Below, piece by piece: positions 60,089 to 64,000 of a stretch of DNA of 64,000 bases. The notes under the pieces were generated by a model, which was not told the origin of the DNA, searched no databases, and worked only from the letters and a program-made list of their open reading frames with translations. The stretch comes from Bacillota bacterium (GTDB taxonomy: Bacteria; Bacillota; Clostridia; Christensenellales; UMGS416). The stretch lies in the NCBI GenBank assembly GCA_023421955.1, contig JAEZSE010000001.1, forward strand, positions 13,110-77,109, given 5' to 3'. The stretch's first letter is position 1, and each line of letters begins with the position of its first letter. The translations under genes and the position numbers were made by a program.

Positions 60089-60623
60089 GACCGATCGCCT
60101 GATCACCCGAAATTTCCTGCCGGAGGACTGGCAGGCGCTGCAAGCCATTGTGCTGGACTTCCAGGCGTCACCCTATGCCGATTATGATTATCGCTGGCCT
60201 ACTTCCGAAGAGGAGCTAAGGGGCATCTGCCAGTGGTTTGCCAATGGCGACGACTTCGTTGCTGTGTGCTTGAAAGCTGACGAATCCGCCGGCCCGGTGG
60301 GTTATGTCGCGATCAACGGTGCGGACACGCCCAACCGGCGCAACCTGGGCTATTGCTTTCACTCCGCTGCCCATGGCCGGGGCCTGGCGCTGGAGGCTTG
60401 CCGCGCGGTGCTGGCCCACGCCTTTCACAACTGGGGCGTGGAAACAGTGGTTTCCGGCACGGCACAGGCCAACGGGCCTTCGGTGCGACTGCTTCTGAGC
60501 CTCGGGTTTCGCCAAACCGGCGAACACACCGGCTCCTTTTCAGAGGCTGAGGATGGTACGCCTGTCACCTTCACCGGCTTATCCTTTGAGCTCACTGCTG
60601 AGGAATTCATTAACAAATTTTGA
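60075..60623 (+). CDS. GNAT-family N-acetyltransferase
   Basis: IETDRLITRNF, GYVAING, HGRGLALEACRAVLAHAF. Start set at MVHIETD, overlapping the HAD gene by 14 nt. Confidence 0.8.
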   Translation: MVHIETDRLITRNFLPEDWQALQAIVLDFQASPYADYDYRWPTSEEELRGICQWFANGDDFVAVCLKADESAGPVGYVAINGADTPNRRNLGYCFHSAAHGRGLALEACRAVLAHAFHNWGVETVVSGTAQANGPSVRLLLSLGFRQTGEHTGSFSEAEDGTPVTFTGLSFELTAEEFINKF

Positions 60624-60670
60624 ATCCTGTGAACCAAATGCACTTCTGAAAGCATCTATCCTGTGAATGC

Positions 60671-61246
60671 ATGCATGCAGCAAGGATGGTGGTCCATACG
60701 CAAGCACAACAGAACATAACTCAAACTCGTGCCAGCGCCGTTTCACTGGCTGCGTCCGGCGACGCGGAGGCATTCTCCCGGCTCATATTGGAGCACGAGG
60801 GCATGCTTTATCGCGTGTGCCGCACAATCCTCAAAAGCGAGGCTGACTGTGCCGACGCTGTGCAGGAAACGGTGATCACGGCCTGGCGCAGCCTGGGGCA
60901 GCTGAATAACGCCGAAAGCTTCCCGGCTTGGGTGGCACGGATTTGCATCAACCGCTGTTATCGCCAGCTGCGCCGGTCTAAACGGACGGAAGCCGAAGCG
61001 GCCTTTGCAGCCCATGAGCCAGGCCACGATGCGCGGCTGGACGTTTCCTGCGCCGTCGCCGCCCTGCCGGAGAGTCTGCGGCTGGTCGTGGCGTTCTACT
61101 ACTTTGAAGACTGGAAGGTGGAGCAGATCGCCCGGGCCACGGGCCTCATGCGCGGCACGGTGAAATCCCGGCTCCACAGGGCCCGCCAACTTTTGGCGGA
61201 GCAATTGCGAAACTACAAGGAGGGATTCCGCGATGACTCGCGATGA
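60671..61246 (+). CDS. ECF-type RNA polymerase sigma factor
   Basis: Region 2 (AEDAVQETVITAWR, FPAWVARICINRC) and region 4 (LPESLRLVVAFYYFEDWKVEQIARATG..GTVKSRLHRAR). Confidence 0.85.
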   Translation: MHAARMVVHTQAQQNITQTRASAVSLAASGDAEAFSRLILEHEGMLYRVCRTILKSEADCADAVQETVITAWRSLGQLNNAESFPAWVARICINRCYRQLRRSKRTEAEAAFAAHEPGHDARLDVSCAVAALPESLRLVVAFYYFEDWKVEQIARATGLMRGTVKSRLHRARQLLAEQLRNYKEGFRDDSR

Positions 61247-62111
61247 TATTCTGAAAAAGAGGATGAGGGCTGGCATGCCGGTGCCCACGCCGATGTTTGC
61301 GGGCAGGGTTCGCCAGACGCTGGACAGGCTGCCGGAAAGAAAGAGGTTTTCACTGTTCCGTTATCTGCCTGCTGCGGCGATGACCGTGGTGGCTGTGGCG
61401 GTGATCGGGCTGGCGGTGATGAGCCGGATGGATCCTGGCGGCATGGGCAATTGGTTTCAGGCGCTGGCAGGTGGGGAAGCAACGGCGACAGTTGATGTGA
61501 CGCCGATCCCCACCCCGGAGGGGACCGTTGAGGAGACCGCGCTTGAAACGCTGATCCCCACAGAAACACCGATGGGAACTGTGGAAGTCGTTGATACGCC
61601 GGTGACCACCCCAGAGCTCACGCTTGCTCAGGCGACGCAAGAATCCAGAAGCGGCAACAAGGACTTCTTAAAGATCGGCAATGATTTGCTCAAGGCGGAC
61701 GGGTTGGGCTCTTTGAAATTGGGAATGACCACTAGCGAACTGATCGCCTATCTTGGCAAACCTGAATCAGAAACTGAGCCCCTGGTATGGGGGTCTGACG
61801 GCAGTGCGCATTACACCGCCAATTACCCATCACTTGGGCTGACCATTGGTTTGGTGGAAGAAGATCACTCCGGAACCAGATATGTGGTATGTTCGATCCA
61901 AGCGGTAGCGCCATGCGGTCTGGCCACCCGGAGGGGATTGGTAAGGATCGGTGACACGAAGGATGCGGTGATCACTGCTTATGCCGATTCCATCAGTGAT
62001 GAGGATACAGGCTCCGAAAGCATCGTTGCTGGGTCCGTATATGGGGGCATCCTTTTTGGCTTGAAAGATGGTATTGTAGAATCCATTTTTATCGGAGCCG
62101 CAGCCGAATAA
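61233..62111 (+). CDS. Putative anti-sigma factor (single-pass membrane protein)
   Basis: 14-nt overlap with the sigma gene. One TM (AAAMTVVAVAVIGLAVM), a Thr/Pro-rich linker and an extracytoplasmic domain. Confidence 0.55.
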   Translation: MTRDDILKKRMRAGMPVPTPMFAGRVRQTLDRLPERKRFSLFRYLPAAAMTVVAVAVIGLAVMSRMDPGGMGNWFQALAGGEATATVDVTPIPTPEGTVEETALETLIPTETPMGTVEVVDTPVTTPELTLAQATQESRSGNKDFLKIGNDLLKADGLGSLKLGMTTSELIAYLGKPESETEPLVWGSDGSAHYTANYPSLGLTIGLVEEDHSGTRYVVCSIQAVAPCGLATRRGLVRIGDTKDAVITAYADSISDEDTGSESIVAGSVYGGILFGLKDGIVESIFIGAAAE

Positions 62112-62271
62112 CCGAAGGTAGTGTTCCAAGTAACAAGGGCCGCGATCATTCGCGGCCCCTTCAGCTATCCTCCCGGCGGTATCGCTCAACATGATCGAGC
62201 CACACTTGTCCCCCTCCTCTGAGGGGGATGTCACAAAGTGACAGGGGGAGTATGGTGACCAAGCGGTAGGA
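62112..62271. repeat. Repeat-family module cluster between convergent genes
   Basis: Hairpin GGGCCGCGA-tcat-TCGCGGCCC (62137..62158), box GCTATCCTCCCGGC, CCCCCTC-ctct-GAGGGGG, and GGGATGTCACaaaGTGACAGGGGGAGT (62225..62251), which is nearly identical to 30142..30170. Confidence 0.75.
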
Positions 62272-62817
62272 TCAAACTTCACTGTCAGACAGGATCGAGA
62301 ATATCTGGTGATCCTGCCACTGCCCATTGATCTTCACACCCTTGCGCTCAATGCCTTCCTTTTCAAAGCCCGCCTTCTCCAGCACCCGCATGGAGCCAAC
62401 ATTGACCGGCATGGCCCCTGCCTCCACCCGGTGCAGCTTCAGCTCCTCAAAGGCATAGCGCACCGCAAGCTTCAACGCTTCCGTGGTGTAGCCATGGCCG
62501 TTGTGACGCTGATCCAACGAGTAGCCCACCATGCATTTCTGCAAGGGGCCCCGCATGATGTGAAACAGGTTTACGTCTCCGATCAGTTCTCCGGTCTCAG
62601 TGAGGAATATGCCGAAGAAATAGTCGCGTCCCTCCGCCCGTCGTTGTTCGACATCATTGAGCATGCTGCGTACCGAATCAATCGTGTAGTAGTCACTATC
62701 ATGGGCGGGTGAAAATTTCTGGAAGAAGTCCGCGTTGCGCAGGCGCAATGAATGCAGGGCATCGGCGTCTGCCGGCTCCAGAAAGCGGAGGTAAACTCGT
62801 TCTCCGGTAAGCTTCAT
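62272..62817 (-). CDS. GNAT-family N-acetyltransferase (RimJ/RimL-like)
   Basis: LRFLEPADADAL, GYSLDQRHNGHGYTTEALKLAVRYAFEEL. Confidence 0.8.
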   Translation of the reverse strand: MKLTGERVYLRFLEPADADALHSLRLRNADFFQKFSPAHDSDYYTIDSVRSMLNDVEQRRAEGRDYFFGIFLTETGELIGDVNLFHIMRGPLQKCMVGYSLDQRHNGHGYTTEALKLAVRYAFEELKLHRVEAGAMPVNVGSMRVLEKAGFEKEGIERKGVKINGQWQDHQIFSILSDSEV

Positions 62818-62869
62818 GAATGAACTCCAAATATTTGATGAGCATCATATTACGGGAAAGCTGGATGCA

Positions 62870-63040
62870 GCGCAAGTGTCCTTCACTGGGCGGCTCATGA
62901 GCCGCCCGCGTAGTTCAAGTAAGAAAAGTGGTGTGGTAAGGAGATCGGCCTGGTTTGGTTTGGCCAGACAGCCCGCAAATATGAGGAAGGGGCCGGTACA
63001 GAGCCCGGCCCCTACATCGACCGCCATATACTGGCACATC
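62870..63040. repeat. Repeat-family module cluster
   Basis: TTCACTGGG followed by the 20-nt perfect palindrome GGGCGGCTCATGAGCCGCCC (62888..62907). REP-like GGGGCCGG-tacagagc-CCGGCCCC with CTAC and ATCGAC...ATCGAT (62989..63040). Confidence 0.75.
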
Positions 63041-63068
63041 GATCTTTATACTAACTACAGCCTGTTGC

Positions 63069-63869
63069 CTACTTTGCAATCTCATAAACCACGGATACTG
63101 ACGCCGTCACTTCCAGCGTACCGGATTGCACCGGCACTGCTCCCCCCTTGGAACCCATCGCCGCGTCAGCCATTTCATAGGTCGGACCGCTGTAGCCGCT
63201 GGACTCATTGATTGTGCGCACGGCTCCCACTTTCACCCCGAGGGCTGCTGCCATCACGTCGGCGCGGGCGCGGGCCTTTTCCATCGCCTGTTTCAGTGCG
63301 TCGTTGTAGGCCTGGGTGCGGTCCAGCACGTCAAAGCTGATGCCGTAGGAGCTGTTGGCGCCGGCGTCGGTGGCGGCGGTGAGCACCTGCCCCAGTTTTG
63401 CCAGGTCCTTCACACGCACGCTCACATTGTTGAACACGCGGTAGCCGGTGATCTTCTGGCCTTTTTCGTCATAGACCGGGTAAATGTTGAAGTTTGTCGT
63501 GGTGATGTCCTCGTCGGCGATGCCGAATGTCTTCACGGCCTTCAGCACCTTGTCCATCGCCTCATTGTTGGCCTTGCGGGCCTTGGAGGCGTCGGCGTTG
63601 GTGGTCTCCACGCCCAGCGTGACGGTGGCCACATCGGGCTTTACGGTGACCGACCCCTGGCCAGACACCGAGATGCCGCCTTGATCTGATGTCTCAGATC
63701 CGGAGCCGCCCATCAGCAGATCGGAGGATCCGGGATTGATGTTGCTGCTTGCGGCGCCTTTGTCGTCATATGTTTGCGGCTGGCCGGTGCAGCCTCCCAG
63801 AAGCAGCATTGCAGCCAGTATTGCGGCCAACAGGGCCGTGATCGAAACCTTGCGGTTGAAACTCATCAT
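63069..63869 (-). CDS. SIMPL/DUF541-domain lipoprotein
   Basis: Lipobox LGGC. ISVSGQGSVTVKPDVATVTLGVET...VPVQSGTLEVTASVSVVYEI. Start set at MMSFNRK after AAGGAGG. Confidence 0.75.
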   Translation of the reverse strand: MMSFNRKVSITALLAAILAAMLLLGGCTGQPQTYDDKGAASSNINPGSSDLLMGGSGSETSDQGGISVSGQGSVTVKPDVATVTLGVETTNADASKARKANNEAMDKVLKAVKTFGIADEDITTTNFNIYPVYDEKGQKITGYRVFNNVSVRVKDLAKLGQVLTAATDAGANSSYGISFDVLDRTQAYNDALKQAMEKARARADVMAAALGVKVGAVRTINESSGYSGPTYEMADAAMGSKGGAVPVQSGTLEVTASVSVVYEIAK

Positions 63870-63886
63870 AATCTTTCCTCCTTCCA

Positions 63887-64000
63887 TCACTTCAGAGCAA
63901 AGGTGATGTTGACGGATGCGTTGACTTCCATGCTGCCGGAGGAGACCGGCACGCTGCCGTTTGCACCATATGTCACTCTGTCGTAATAGATTGGATACCA
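63887..64000 (-). CDS. C-terminal end of a second SIMPL/DUF541 paralogue (5' part outside window)
   Basis: My own translation of the minus strand gives ...VTYGANGSVPVSSGSMEVNASVNITFALK*, parallel to the C-terminus of the downstream paralogue. Not in the ORF track because it is short. Confidence 0.5.
   Translation of the reverse strand, partial: WYPIYYDRVTYGANGSVPVSSGSMEVNASVNITFALK

Overview
This 64-kb window is densely coding and GC-rich. The gene content looks like a spore-forming Clostridia-type Firmicute (GGAGG-type RBSs, lipobox lipoproteins, yunB, an orphan PAS kinase); that assignment is inference. I recognise about 60 protein genes and saw no rRNA, tRNA, CRISPR array, transposase or integrase, though reading by eye can miss short RNAs.

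Housekeeping blocks:
- thiI (partial)
- rplM-rpsI
- rpmH-rnpA-yidD-yidC-jag/khpB
- rsgA
- lepA-hemW
- panE

Accessory content:
- An HxlR regulator with two tandem Fe-S aldo/keto reductases
- An MrfA/YprA-like DUF1998 helicase
- An ABC-2 exporter
- A GH36/GH43 sugar-utilisation block
- An ECF sigma / anti-sigma pair
- Several AT-rich islets that encode lipoproteins

Most interesting locus (35.4-48.2 kb, minus strand): a gene for a collagen-like protein heads an operon for a CDP-activated sugar. The protein has about 74 Gly-Pro-Thr-type triplets and a BclA/C1q-like C-terminus. The operon encodes RfbF, RfbG, an E1/RfbH-type 3-dehydrase, a YerE-like ThDP enzyme fused to a GNAT, two aminotransferases and two GT2-methyltransferase-like paralogues. 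It has no polysaccharide export or polymerisation genes. I interpret it as a dedicated protein-glycosylation system for a spore-surface or filament glycoprotein that uses an unusual 3,6-dideoxy / branched / amino sugar.

Second theme: a modular GC-rich palindromic repeat family with a REP-like GTAG head. Its stems carry compensatory changes around a conserved loop. It occurs at six or more loci here, and one copy is inserted in frame inside hemW.

Many long antisense 'shadow' ORFs in the track are artefacts of GC-rich coding sequence and were rejected. All functional calls rest on motif recognition by eye; no database search was run.
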